From Nanobdellati archaeon (GTDB lineage: Archaea > Nanobdellota > Nanobdellia > Woesearchaeales > JAADFO01): a DNA stretch of 36,195 nt. The notes under the pieces were generated by a model, which had not been told where the DNA came from, did no database searches, and was given only the letters and a program-made list of their open reading frames with translations. The stretch lies in contig JAADFO010000030.1 of the NCBI GenBank assembly GCA_013152815.1, positions 1 to 36,195 on the forward strand, given 5' to 3'. The translations under genes were made by a program, and so were the position numbers. The stretch's first letter is position 1, and every line of letters starts with the position of its first letter. Positions 25,597 through 36,040 of this stretch are shown here, piece by piece.

Positions 25597-27576
25597 CTAG
25601 AGCAGCCAGCCGCCATAGTGGGCGATCAACGGCGCGAAGACCAGGGCCACGATGCTCATCAGCTTGATGAGGATGTTAAGCGACGGACCAGAGGTGTCCT
25701 TGAACGGATCTCCCACAGTATCGCCGACCACCGCTGCCTTGTGGGGAGCGCTCCCTTTTCCGCCCAGATGGCCTGACTCGATATATTTCTTGGCATTGTC
25801 CCAGGCTCCGCCTGAATTGGCCATCATGACGGCAAGGAGGAATCCTGTGACGATGGAACCGCCGAGCATGCCGCCCAATGCCTCTGCCCCTAACAGGAGA
25901 CCGACCAGCAAGGGGACGATGATCGCCATGAGAGAGGGGACCACCATCTTCTTCAGGGCCGCATGGGTCGAGATGGAGACGCATCTGCCGTAGTCCGGCT
26001 TGGCCTTTCCGGTCATGATGCCCTTGATCTCCCGGAACTGCCTCCGCACTTCCTCGACCATCTCTTCGGCAGTGGAACCCACTGCCTTCATGGTCATGGC
26101 GCTGAACAGGAACGGCAGAAGCCCGCCTATGAACAGGCCGATGATGACCATCGGATTGATGATGTCGATGACCTTCAGGCCGACCGCCTGGGTGTAGCCG
26201 ACGAAGAGAGCCAGAGCAGTCAATGCTGCAGAACCGATGGCAAACCCTTTGCCGATGGCAGCAGTGGTATTACCTACTGCATCCAGGGCCTCGGCGCGTT
26301 TCCGCACCTCTTTCCCGAGACCCGCCATCTCAGCTATTCCTGCAGCATTGTCGGCCACCGGACCATAGGTGTCAGTGGCAAGAGTGATGCCCAGGGTGGA
26401 GAGCATGCCGACGGCAGCAAGCGCGATTCCATAGAGGCCGCCCAGCCAGAAGGACAGGAAGATCGCGGTCACCACGGCCAGGACAGGGATCATGGTGGAA
26501 TGCATGCCCAATGCAAGGCCGGAGATGATGTTGGTGGCTGCGCCGGTCTGTGAGGCACGGGCGACCTCCTGGGTCGGCTTTCGGTCATCAGAGGTGTAAT
26601 ACTCGGTCGCTTTCCCGATGACCAGGCCGGCAGCCAATCCTGCGAGGGCTGCCCAGAAGAGGTTGATGGTGCCCACAAGCCAGTCGATGATGAAATAGGA
26701 AAGCACTGCCATCAGGACCGATGCTACCCAGATGCCCCGGTTCAGGGCCTTGTGCGGGCTGCTGCCTTCCTTGGCATTGACAAAAAAAGAACCGATGATG
26801 GAAGAGAACAATCCTGCTGCGGCAATCCACAGCGGAAGCCACACGCCTCTGGAGGCTGCGAAGAGCGAGGTTCCCATGACCATGGTCACGATCAGGGAGT
26901 CGACGTAGGACTCGAACAGGTCTGCGCCCATGCCGGCCACATCTCCCACATTGTCTCCCACATTGTCTGCGATGGTGGCAGGATTGCGGGGGTCGTCCTC
27001 AGGGATGCCTGCCTCGATCTTGCCCACCAGGTCAGCGCCGACGTCTGCTGCTTTGGTGAAGATGCCTCCGCCGACCCTTGCGAAGAGGGCGATGGATGAC
27101 GCACCGAAACCGAAACCGTAGATGATCCGGGGGTCGCCGAAGATGTAATAGAGCAGGGTGACGCCGAACAGGCCCAGGCCGGTGACGGTCATGCCCATGA
27201 CCGAGCCCGATGAGAACGCCACCTTCAGGCCAGCGTTCAAAGAAGTCTCACAGGCATGGGCGGTCCGGGCATTCGCCATGGTGGCGATGCGCATGCCGAT
27301 GTTTCCTGCCAGGGCAGAGAAGACCGCACCGATAATAAAAGCGATGGCCAGGTTCCAGGTCAGGGAAAAACCCAGGATCAGGAAGACCGCCAGGACGAAA
27401 ACGACCAGGATGCGGTATTCCTTGTTGAGGAAAGCCATCGCTCCTTCATGGATGGCTTCCATGATCTCTTTCGTCTTCGCTGAACCGACCTTCTGGGCCT
27501 TGACCCGCATGGCGAGGACAACGGCATAGAGAAGGGCAAGGACAGAGACGACCATCACAACGATATCAACAGTCAT
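25597..27576 (-). CDS. hppA: Membrane-bound cation-translocating pyrophosphatase, K+-dependent type, probably Na+-pumping
   Basis: [50 protein letters not shown] and [14 protein letters not shown] motifs; multi-TM; GGAGG upstream. Confidence 0.97.
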   Translation of the reverse strand: MTVDIVVMVVSVLALLYAVVLAMRVKAQKVGSAKTKEIMEAIHEGAMAFLNKEYRILVVFVLAVFLILGFSLTWNLAIAFIIGAVFSALAGNIGMRIATMANARTAHACETSLNAGLKVAFSSGSVMGMTVTGLGLFGVTLLYYIFGDPRIIYGFGFGASSIALFARVGGGIFTKAADVGADLVGKIEAGIPEDDPRNPATIADNVGDNVGDVAGMGADLFESYVDSLIVTMVMGTSLFAASRGVWLPLWIAAAGLFSSIIGSFFVNAKEGSSPHKALNRGIWVASVLMAVLSYFIIDWLVGTINLFWAALAGLAAGLVIGKATEYYTSDDRKPTQEVARASQTGAATNIISGLALGMHSTMIPVLAVVTAIFLSFWLGGLYGIALAAVGMLSTLGITLATDTYGPVADNAAGIAEMAGLGKEVRKRAEALDAVGNTTAAIGKGFAIGSAALTALALFVGYTQAVGLKVIDIINPMVIIGLFIGGLLPFLFSAMTMKAVGSTAEEMVEEVRRQFREIKGIMTGKAKPDYGRCVSISTHAALKKMVVPSLMAIIVPLLVGLLLGAEALGGMLGGSIVTGFLLAVMMANSGGAWDNAKKYIESGHLGGKGSAPHKAAVVGDTVGDPFKDTSGPSLNILIKLMSIVALVFAPLIAHYGGWLL

Positions 27577-27633
27577 GTTTCATTCCTCCGTTCAAGTCGA
27601 TGGACCGATGATGAATCGATATTCACCCATCAA

Positions 27634-27658
27634 TTCATTTATAACCTTCATTTATAAA
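27634..27658 (-). promoter_or_regulatory. Tandem TATA-like boxes upstream of hppA
   Basis: 11 bp direct repeat ttcatttataa at 27634-27644 and 27647-27657 (TTATAAATGAA on the minus strand). Confidence 0.5.
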
Positions 27659-27677
27659 CGCGGGGCTGTGAAGAAAT

Positions 27678-28178
27678 TTATAAAGGTTTCGGGGAGGATG
27701 GCTTTTCAGGGAACTTCCTCTGCAGAGCAAGGGCCACGTTGGCCGGGACCATCTTTTTCACATCGCCTCCCCGTTCGACGATCTCCTTGACCATGGAAGA
27801 GGAGATGAACATGACCTCTTTGGAGGCCATGAGATAGATATGCTCGATATCGGGATGGTACTCCCGGTTGAACATGCTCATCTGGAACTCATGCTCGAAG
27901 TCGGTCGATGCGCGAAGAGAACGGATGACGACCGAGCAGTCCCTGGATTTGACAAAATCGACCAACAATCCCGTGTAGGACTCGACTTCCACAGGCAACC
28001 CCTCGGTAGCTTCTCTGACCATCTCAACCCTTTCCTCAGCAGTGAAAGTGTAGTTCTTGCCTGCATTGAAGCCCACTCCAACAATGATCCTGTCAAATAG
28101 TTTCAACGCCCGCCTGAGGATATCGATATGACCATTTGTGATGGGATCAAAACTTCCCGGGAAGACAGCGATGCTCAT
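27678..28178 (-). CDS. coaD: Phosphopantetheine adenylyltransferase, bacterial type
   Basis: MSIAVFPGSFDPITNGHIDI, RSLRASTDFEHE, ISSSMVKEI. Start set at ATG 28178. Confidence 0.95.
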   Translation of the reverse strand: MSIAVFPGSFDPITNGHIDILRRALKLFDRIIVGVGFNAGKNYTFTAEERVEMVREATEGLPVEVESYTGLLVDFVKSRDCSVVIRSLRASTDFEHEFQMSMFNREYHPDIEHIYLMASKEVMFISSSMVKEIVERGGDVKKMVPANVALALQRKFPEKPSSPKPL

Positions 28179-28710
28179 ACTGTTCCCATATCCTGTCCAC
28201 CTGTTCCTGGGTCGATTCCATTCCTTCGCCATTGTCGATCACATAATCTGCTTTTTCTGGTAAATCGATGAATCGCTGCCGTTCCAGCTTCTCTGGCTGG
28301 TCGCACCGTTCCTTGATGATCCCGTCGGGACAATCGACACGGATGGTGACGTCTGGCCTGATGACGTCCCTGCCGATCCCCGGCAGGGGGATGTCGATGA
28401 TGTTCTTCCTGGTCTCGTCGATCGTCGCCCTGATGCGTTCAAGGATCTCGGGATGCATGATGGCATTGAGCTTTTCCACGCTTTCCCTGTCGGCAAAGGC
28501 CTTCTCGGCGAGGCTCTCCGGGACGATCTCGTCGTTTTCCATGATGAGCTCACCGAAGGTCTCCAGCAGATCCTTCTGGACCTCTGGCATACGGAGGACC
28601 TCCCTCGCTATCCTGTCGGCATCGATGAGCAGGGTGTCTTGAAACGATGAGAACATCTCTGCGACCGTCGACTTACCAGAACCGATCTTTCCGATGATGA
28701 AGATGTTCAT
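28147..28710 (-). CDS. coaE: Dephospho-CoA kinase, bacterial CoaE type
   Basis: P-loop GKIGSGKST, IDADRIAREV, LNAIMHPEI, ADYVIDN. Start ATG 28710 overlaps the rpe stop (ATGA). Confidence 0.92.
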   Translation of the reverse strand: MNIFIIGKIGSGKSTVAEMFSSFQDTLLIDADRIAREVLRMPEVQKDLLETFGELIMENDEIVPESLAEKAFADRESVEKLNAIMHPEILERIRATIDETRKNIIDIPLPGIGRDVIRPDVTIRVDCPDGIIKERCDQPEKLERQRFIDLPEKADYVIDNGEGMESTQEQVDRIWEQYEHRCLPGKF

Positions 28711-29342
28711 GGAAACCGTTCTCTGAACTTGGCTATCACCTGCTGAGGCGTGAGTTCCTCGTTCCTGTACAGGAAGGACCCTACAATCAGCAGGTTGGCG
28801 CCTGCATCGACACATCGTCGTGCTGTCTCGAAATTGATGCCGCCATCCACCTCGATGTCCTTCTTGAACATTTTCCTCAGCTCGGTTATCTTCGGCAGGA
28901 CCGAAGGGATGAAGGACTGGCCGCCGAAGCCAGGGAAGACGGTCATGCAGAGGACCATGTCCACAGCATCGAGATAGGGGGTTATCCTGGTCAAAGGCGT
29001 GTCCGGATTGATGGCAAGCCCGGCTTCACATCCGCGCCGGTGTATCATCTCGAAGACAGGAAGAGGGTCTTCAAGGGCTTCACCATGCACGATGATGCGC
29101 CTGGAGCCGGCATCGGCAAAGGCGTCGATGAACTTCTCTGGATTCGATACCATGAGATGGGTCTCGATGGGCAGCTTTGTCCTGATGGACTTTTGTATTG
29201 CAGGGCCCATCGAGATGTTCGGCACGAAGTGGCCGTCCATGACATCCACCTGGATGCTGTCGGCACTGCTGACCCTGTCGACCTCGTCCTGGAGGTGGCC
29301 AAAATCTGCCGACAGGATGGAAGGGATGATCTGTATCTTCAT
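28707..29342 (-). CDS. rpe: Ribulose-phosphate 3-epimerase
   Basis: PSILSADF, DVMDGHFVPN, HLMV, MTVFPGFGGQSF, EVDGGIN. Confidence 0.97.
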   Translation of the reverse strand: MKIQIIPSILSADFGHLQDEVDRVSSADSIQVDVMDGHFVPNISMGPAIQKSIRTKLPIETHLMVSNPEKFIDAFADAGSRRIIVHGEALEDPLPVFEMIHRRGCEAGLAINPDTPLTRITPYLDAVDMVLCMTVFPGFGGQSFIPSVLPKITELRKMFKKDIEVDGGINFETARRCVDAGANLLIVGSFLYRNEELTPQQVIAKFRERFP

Positions 29343-29363
29343 GGTTGATGCGCGTCATTCATC

Positions 29364-29370
29364 ATTTAAG
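29364..29370 (-). promoter_or_regulatory. TATA-like box of the rpe-coaE-coaD operon (leaderless spacing)
   Basis: CTTAAAT on the minus strand ~22 nt before the rpe ATG. Confidence 0.45.
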
Positions 29371-29406
29371 AAGTTTGTTGTCCGGTTACATAACAATGAC
29401 AACCAA

Positions 29407-29413
29407 TATAAAT
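29407..29413 (+). promoter_or_regulatory. TATA box for the 361 aa ORF
   Basis: TATAAAT in the divergent intergenic region upstream of ATG 29451. Confidence 0.45.
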
Positions 29414-29450
29414 CTCAGCAGATTACCCCTCAGAAAGGACTACAATAATA

Positions 29451-30536
29451 ATGGAAACAGATGCAAGGATTGCAAATACTGAAACAGATATCGAAACAAT
29501 AGCTACCAGCCCCGAAGGATTTCTCAACAAACATGGGCTTGAAGAGTTTATCACTGCCCAACCAACGGATTTCTCGCCAGAAGACTGGGCAATCGGAAAG
29601 TATCAGGAAATCCATGATGCATACGACAACAGCATGGAAGCTATTGCGACCTTGAAAGTAAGGATCAAGTCCTTACGAAAAGAGAAACTAAAGAACCATC
29701 TCATCAAAATGAAGAAACTTCCCATCGAACGTACGATGTATAACGATCAAATAGCTGAACTCAATAAACAAATAAGAGAATACAAAGTAGAGATTGCCGC
29801 TGAAAGAAAGAAGATTGACGAAATGTACATCGCTTGCCAAGAAATTGGTGAAGAGAAACTTGTCAACCAAATCATGGAGACCTATTCCCGCATCGATTTA
29901 TCTTTTCTTCAGACCACGAGGAAATTGAGACCAGAAGAAAATCAGAAGATCGCGTTCAAGTACAAAGTAAAAGACTTTTCAAAGAATGGCAACCCCTGGG
30001 TGAAGAAACCGTATGAAAGAGAAGTATCACAATTCATTAATGAATTTCCTCGATTTTGTGTCTATAGACTGGATAAAGACGCCACATCAGTATCGGCAAT
30101 ATTTGTGGACATAAATGCAACTACCGAAACAGAACTACCACGAGAAGTCGACTGTAAGCAGTTTAGGGGAGTGAAGGATGATGCAATCAACGAACATCTG
30201 TTTCCCGAAATTCAGAATAAGCGTTCAGGATATATTTCAAAAAAGAGTTGTCCCGCGACTAAAGTCACATTCACTTCAAAATATCGGGTGGGAGACATTC
30301 CGGCTGATGCCAAGAAGCTCATCAAAGAAGCAGAAGCAGAAATTCCTAATGGCATAACCTACATTATTGCAGAAGCAGAATGGACCGTCGGTCATAAAGT
30401 AAGCAAGGAAGGCATTTATCTTGATCCGCTCATCATCAGGACCAAAGATAAGAATGCATTCTTTATCGGCGAATTCTTAGCGACACCAATCGAAAGATCC
30501 ATAGTGAATTCGTACATCTATCCAAAGAAGAACTAA
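29451..30536 (+). CDS. Hypothetical protein (361 aa), N-terminal coiled-coil-like region, low GC
   Basis: Long ORF filling the gap between rpe and the LOG gene; heptad-like K/E-rich helix; no family recognised. Confidence 0.85.
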   Translation: METDARIANTETDIETIATSPEGFLNKHGLEEFITAQPTDFSPEDWAIGKYQEIHDAYDNSMEAIATLKVRIKSLRKEKLKNHLIKMKKLPIERTMYNDQIAELNKQIREYKVEIAAERKKIDEMYIACQEIGEEKLVNQIMETYSRIDLSFLQTTRKLRPEENQKIAFKYKVKDFSKNGNPWVKKPYEREVSQFINEFPRFCVYRLDKDATSVSAIFVDINATTETELPREVDCKQFRGVKDDAINEHLFPEIQNKRSGYISKKSCPATKVTFTSKYRVGDIPADAKKLIKEAEAEIPNGITYIIAEAEWTVGHKVSKEGIYLDPLIIRTKDKNAFFIGEFLATPIERSIVNSYIYPKKN

Positions 30537-30551
30537 GACTTAAGCGGTTCC

Positions 30552-31085
30552 TCATTTTCTCACCATGCTTATCAGTTTCTTCACCAGCTTATCAGCATTG
30601 CTGTCGATCAGTATCGGAGTATTGAAACGGTCATCCATGATCATGGATTTTATCTCTTCAGCATAATTGGTGATGCCGCCGCTCGCCAAGAGGATGCCGA
30701 TGGGTCTTTTGCCTGCGAAGGAACCTGTCAGCTCATTGAGCGTCCCCACCCCTCCATTGACGATGACACATGCATCTGCTGTCCTGACGTTGATGACGTT
30801 CCTGCCGATGTAGCCGAAGCCGGTGAAGATAAGATGATCATGGAACTCCACCGGCATCCTGTACTGGTGGATGTGCTGTTCCAGGGAGTCTGCAGGAGAG
30901 ATGCCGATGACCTCGCCTCCGGCGAGCTTTGCTCCTCTGGCTGCTTCATAGGGCAGGCCGGTCGTCGCTCCGGTTATCAGGACTGCTCTCTGTTCTCCGA
31001 TGGCCTTTCCAAGGGCAAAGGCCTTCTCCTTGAGTGCGACAGGCGTATCGCCGGAGAAACCGAACACGCCGATCTTTGGTCTCAT
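30552..31085 (-). CDS. LOG/TIGR00725-like Rossmann-fold nucleotide phosphoribohydrolase family protein
   Basis: LITGATTGLP, GRNVINV and GGVGTLNE (LOG PGGxGTxxE-like motif); ATGA overlap with pyrF. Confidence 0.85.
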   Translation of the reverse strand: MRPKIGVFGFSGDTPVALKEKAFALGKAIGEQRAVLITGATTGLPYEAARGAKLAGGEVIGISPADSLEQHIHQYRMPVEFHDHLIFTGFGYIGRNVINVRTADACVIVNGGVGTLNELTGSFAGKRPIGILLASGGITNYAEEIKSMIMDDRFNTPILIDSNADKLVKKLISMVRK

Positions 31086-31789
31086 GACATCACCAGAGCA
31101 GCCACGAGCTCCTTTGCCTTTGCAGCCATATCATCTGCCTGGTACAATGCCCTTCCGATGATGGCATGCCATGAATCGCCGGCTGCCTTGGCCCCCTCGG
31201 TGAGGTCTCCTCCCTGGGAGATGAGACCGGGACTGTAGAAGGCCGGCTTCACGCCCTTTGCTTCGAGAAGCTGCCGATAGGTCGTGATCTGCTCAGGCTT
31301 GTTCCCCGGCACCACGAAGTCGGTGATGCCCTGCTCTGCCGCCAGGGCATATATCCTGGAGGGAGCATCATCACTGATGAAGCCGCCGTCGCTCTGCAGG
31401 AAACCCTTATGGGTCATCTCTCCACCGACGATGACCTGCAGTCCCTGGGCCTGGCAGGCAGCTATCCAAGCGCGCAGGGTCTCAGGACCTGCCTGGGGGA
31501 AAAGGATGACCGCGTCGACACCAGAAGCCTTGCAAACCTTTGCAAAGCGTTCTCCTGTGAAGGGCACGTCGGTGCCTGCCTTCTGATGGTCATAGATGAT
31601 GGGCTTGTCTGTGTGCCTGCGGATGATCTCGACGACTTTCTTCATGCCGAAGGGTATGACCAGCTCGAAGCCTATCTTATAGGCAGATACTCCCTGTATC
31701 ATGCAGGTTGCCTTGACCAGCCGTCCAAGCTCTTCAAGGGTCTCCACATCGCATGCAGGGATGATCGATCTCTTTTCTTTGATGATCAT
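31082..31789 (-). CDS. pyrF: Orotidine-5'-phosphate decarboxylase (variant active-site spacing)
   Basis: IIPACD, AYKIG, DHQKAGTDVP, SPGLISQGG, IIGRALY. Start ATG 31789 overlaps the pyrE stop (TGATG). Confidence 0.88.
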   Translation of the reverse strand: MIIKEKRSIIPACDVETLEELGRLVKATCMIQGVSAYKIGFELVIPFGMKKVVEIIRRHTDKPIIYDHQKAGTDVPFTGERFAKVCKASGVDAVILFPQAGPETLRAWIAACQAQGLQVIVGGEMTHKGFLQSDGGFISDDAPSRIYALAAEQGITDFVVPGNKPEQITTYRQLLEAKGVKPAFYSPGLISQGGDLTEGAKAAGDSWHAIIGRALYQADDMAAKAKELVAALVMS

Positions 31790-32430
31790 CAGGATCCCCT
31801 CCTCTTTGCCCATCCTGACGGGTCTTTGTTCCATTCCTGTATCTTCTCGGCCTCCTCCCGGGTGATGCTGCCCATTGCCCGGGCCTTGGCTATCAGGGTG
31901 GTGAAATCGGTGAGTGTGCTGACCTGGCAGCCGATATCCTGGAAAGCACGTCCTGCCTCATCAAGGCCATAGGTGAAGATGGCCACACAATGAGACACCA
32001 GGGCTCCTGCTTCTCGTGCTGCGTTCACCGCGGCAGCCGAAGAACCGCCTGTGGAGATGAGGTCCTCGATGACAAGGACACGCTGTCCCTCTTTGAGGTC
32101 GCCTTCGACCTGTTTTCCTGCTCCATGAGCCTTCTTGCCGGAACGGATATAGATGAGCGGCTTACCAAGACGCTCTGCGATGATGGAAGCGTAGGGTATA
32201 CCTGACGTGGCGACGCCTGCGACAATGTCGAAGTCCATGTCTTTGACCGCATCCAGGAAGAATCCGATCAACCTGTCCCGTTCTTTAGGATGGCTGATGA
32301 TAATCCTGTTGTCGCAATAGATCGGCGAACGGATGCCTGAGGTGAAGGTGAACGGTTCTTTGTAGTTGAGCTTGACCGCACCCAACCTTAGAAGCAGCTC
32401 TGCCACCTCTTCCTTTGCCGTTGACATCAT
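31789..32430 (-). CDS. pyrE: Orotate phosphoribosyltransferase
   Basis: FTFTSGIRSPIYCDNR, KAHG loop, PRPP motif VLVIEDLISTGGS. Confidence 0.96.
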   Translation of the reverse strand: MMSTAKEEVAELLLRLGAVKLNYKEPFTFTSGIRSPIYCDNRIIISHPKERDRLIGFFLDAVKDMDFDIVAGVATSGIPYASIIAERLGKPLIYIRSGKKAHGAGKQVEGDLKEGQRVLVIEDLISTGGSSAAAVNAAREAGALVSHCVAIFTYGLDEAGRAFQDIGCQVSTLTDFTTLIAKARAMGSITREEAEKIQEWNKDPSGWAKRRGS

Positions 32431-32449
32431 CAGATGAAAGAGCAGGGGG

Positions 32450-32456
32450 TATAAAT
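32450..32456 (-). promoter_or_regulatory. TATA box of pyrE-pyrF-LOG (leaderless spacing)
   Basis: ATTTATA on the minus strand ~20-23 nt before the ATG ATG start. Confidence 0.5.
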
Positions 32457-32587
32457 AATTAATGAAGATGGGTTAATAGGGAGAGAATGGCTGCATAAAA
32501 GACGTGTTTTGTTTATTTTCCATATTGAAGACTATCCAGAAGATTCGATTAATGATACCACCACAGGGTGACAAATATAGAAAAACA

Positions 32588-32594
32588 TATAAAT
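32588..32594 (+). promoter_or_regulatory. BRE/TATA for the 131 aa ORF
   Basis: GAAAAAC followed by ATATAAAT, ~27 nt before ATG 32621. Confidence 0.45.
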
Positions 32595-32620
32595 GAAGAA
32601 GAGGTGAACACCAGACAACG

Positions 32621-33016
32621 ATGCTGCTCTCAAACAAATCACTGTTCACGCTCATCAAGGATGCTGAGAAGGAAATCAAGAAGAGGATTCATCGGTTGCC
32701 GCTCGATGAAGACGTCCTGCTGGTGCCAGACTCGCCGGAAACATCCATCCATCTGAAATATCTCGGCATCTCCGAAGGACTCCTGGAACAGACCAAGCGA
32801 AAAGGAGAATCAGGCCTTCTCTCGGTGAACTATCCGGGACAGGCCGATTCACCGTATCTCTTCGAACTTCGCTTCGGCAAAACCGTCTCGCTCATACCCG
32901 AAAGAGGAGCAGAGATGAAGAAGTACATCGTCAACAAGATGGAAAAAGAGTATGCAGAACTCATGGAATATGGTACGAAAACCGATAAGCTTCTGCACTT
33001 CTGGCACAACCTGTGA
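32621..33016 (+). CDS. Hypothetical protein (131 aa)
   Basis: Fills the gap between pyrE and the DUF4013-like gene; plausible composition; upstream TATA. Confidence 0.7.
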   Translation: MLLSNKSLFTLIKDAEKEIKKRIHRLPLDEDVLLVPDSPETSIHLKYLGISEGLLEQTKRKGESGLLSVNYPGQADSPYLFELRFGKTVSLIPERGAEMKKYIVNKMEKEYAELMEYGTKTDKLLHFWHNL

Positions 33017-33038
33017 ATGGCGTGAATGGCCGGGCAGG

Positions 33039-33056
33039 AAAAGAAAAAAAGAAAAA
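33039..33056 (-). terminator. Oligo(T) terminator of the DUF4013-like gene
   Basis: TTTTTCTTTTTTTCTTTT on the minus strand just after the stop at 33069. Confidence 0.55.
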
Positions 33057-33068
33057 TTGTGCGCATAA

Positions 33069-33656
33069 CTATTTCTTGGATTTCTTTGTCGTCGATTTCT
33101 TGGGCGATGCCCGCGCATAGAGCTTTGCTTCGAGATAGGTGGTGCCGTAGGACAACGCAGGCAGCGTGATCACCAGGGTTATGATGAGTATCGAAGCGAT
33201 GCCCCAGACCACGGCGAGCACGATATAGAAGACGATGAATAATACCACATCACCGAAATGGGAGAATATCATCGCCCATCCTATCGGAAAGTCATAGAGG
33301 TCCTGAAACTTCCTCGACACTGCATAGCGTGGCGTCAGATAGATATAGGGTATGCCCGCGAACAGGGACAGCAACACATACACCCATCCCGGAGCGAGCC
33401 AGGAAATGAGCCCGAGGACTATGTAGAGAGGGACCAGATAGACGAGGAACTTCAGGCCCTCCACGAAATTGGTCCAGAACCCGATGCTCTTCGGAAGCGC
33501 CTTGTCCTTTCCTGTCGCCACCGACCCCAGAATCTGTAGGAAATAGCCATACAGAAAAAACCATCCTATAACGGGCAGGAATATCCAGAGAAAATTCCAG
33601 AAACTCCTGAAGTTCTTGAACGGATACCGAAACGCATCTTTCAGACTGAATTCCAT
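33069..33656 (-). CDS. DUF4013-like multi-pass membrane protein
   Basis: DAFRYPF N-terminus, PVIGWFFLYGY, LP..W..FVEGLK pattern, four hydrophobic segments. GGAGGTGA just upstream supports ATG 33656 as the start. Confidence 0.8.
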   Translation of the reverse strand: MEFSLKDAFRYPFKNFRSFWNFLWIFLPVIGWFFLYGYFLQILGSVATGKDKALPKSIGFWTNFVEGLKFLVYLVPLYIVLGLISWLAPGWVYVLLSLFAGIPYIYLTPRYAVSRKFQDLYDFPIGWAMIFSHFGDVVLFIVFYIVLAVVWGIASILIITLVITLPALSYGTTYLEAKLYARASPKKSTTKKSKK

Positions 33657-33748
33657 ACACTCACCTCCGGGGTAGTCATACATTCATAACTGATAACCGA
33701 TGGAAACCGCGAACAGGACGATGAAAAGACGAGGGAGGACAGGAAAGG

Positions 33749-35344
<1,596 letters not shown>

Positions 35345-35361
<17 letters not shown>

Positions 35362-35428
35362 GAACCCTCGTAGGCACTAAGCCAACAGGCCCTGAACCTG
35401 TCCCGTTTGACCACTCCGGCACCCCCGC
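35345..35428 (-). tRNA. tRNA-Leu(CAG), no intron, CCA not encoded
   Basis: GCGGGGG/CCCCCGC-type acceptor stem, ACAGG-TTCAGGG-CCTGT anticodon arm, long variable arm, GTTCGAAC T-loop, discriminator A. Confidence 0.97.
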
Positions 35429-35455
35429 AGATGGTCCTTGAGAGACCGCCCATGC

Positions 35456-35463
35456 TTTAAAAA
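35456..35463 (-). promoter_or_regulatory. TATA box of tRNA-Leu(CAG)
   Basis: TTTTTAAA on the minus strand ~28 nt upstream of the mature 5' end. Confidence 0.6.
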
Positions 35464-35568
35464 GATTATGGAGTGATTTGGCCGGAGTGATGGAACGTTG
35501 GAGTGCCGCCCAGAGCACAGGATGCATGAAGGGCAAAGGCTTTTATAGGGAACAGGATGAGCAGGGGG

Positions 35569-35985
35569 ATGCTCTACCAACAGCAACCCGAGACACCTCT
35601 GGAAACGAGAACACCGGATGACGGACCGGCCAGATACAGGCAAAGAACCCTGTTTTCTGACCTGAGACAGGTCGTCTCAGACATGAAGAGATTCAAGAAA
35701 TGGCCGCTGATCATCTACACGCTCAACCTTGCAAGCATATTCTACAGCTCTCCGGGAACTGCAACGGACGACAACCGACAGGCCGCACTCACCGCACAGC
35801 TCAACCCCCGACAATATCAGGGAGTCCTGCAGGTTTCAGCTTCAGATTTGGAACCTCCTACCAGACCGACGCGTCTCGACAGCAGCTCAGTTGGCCAGCA
35901 GAACATAGACCAGGCAATAGACACCATCATCATGCCGGAACTTTCACAGGAAAGGCCTGTGGATCACCGGTCGACAGAACGATGA
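35569..35985 (+). CDS. Hypothetical protein with one weak hydrophobic segment (alternative start 35557)
   Basis: ORF fills the gap between the two tRNAs. TTTTATAG at 35541-35548 is spaced for a leaderless start at ATG 35569. KRFKKWPLIIYTLNLASIFY segment. Confidence 0.55.
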   Translation: MLYQQQPETPLETRTPDDGPARYRQRTLFSDLRQVVSDMKRFKKWPLIIYTLNLASIFYSSPGTATDDNRQAALTAQLNPRQYQGVLQVSASDLEPPTRPTRLDSSSVGQQNIDQAIDTIIMPELSQERPVDHRSTER

Positions 35986-36040
35986 CCCCTGATCAAGGCA
36001 TCAAGGAGCATGGCGACCCTGTCCGGTAAGAATACCATGA

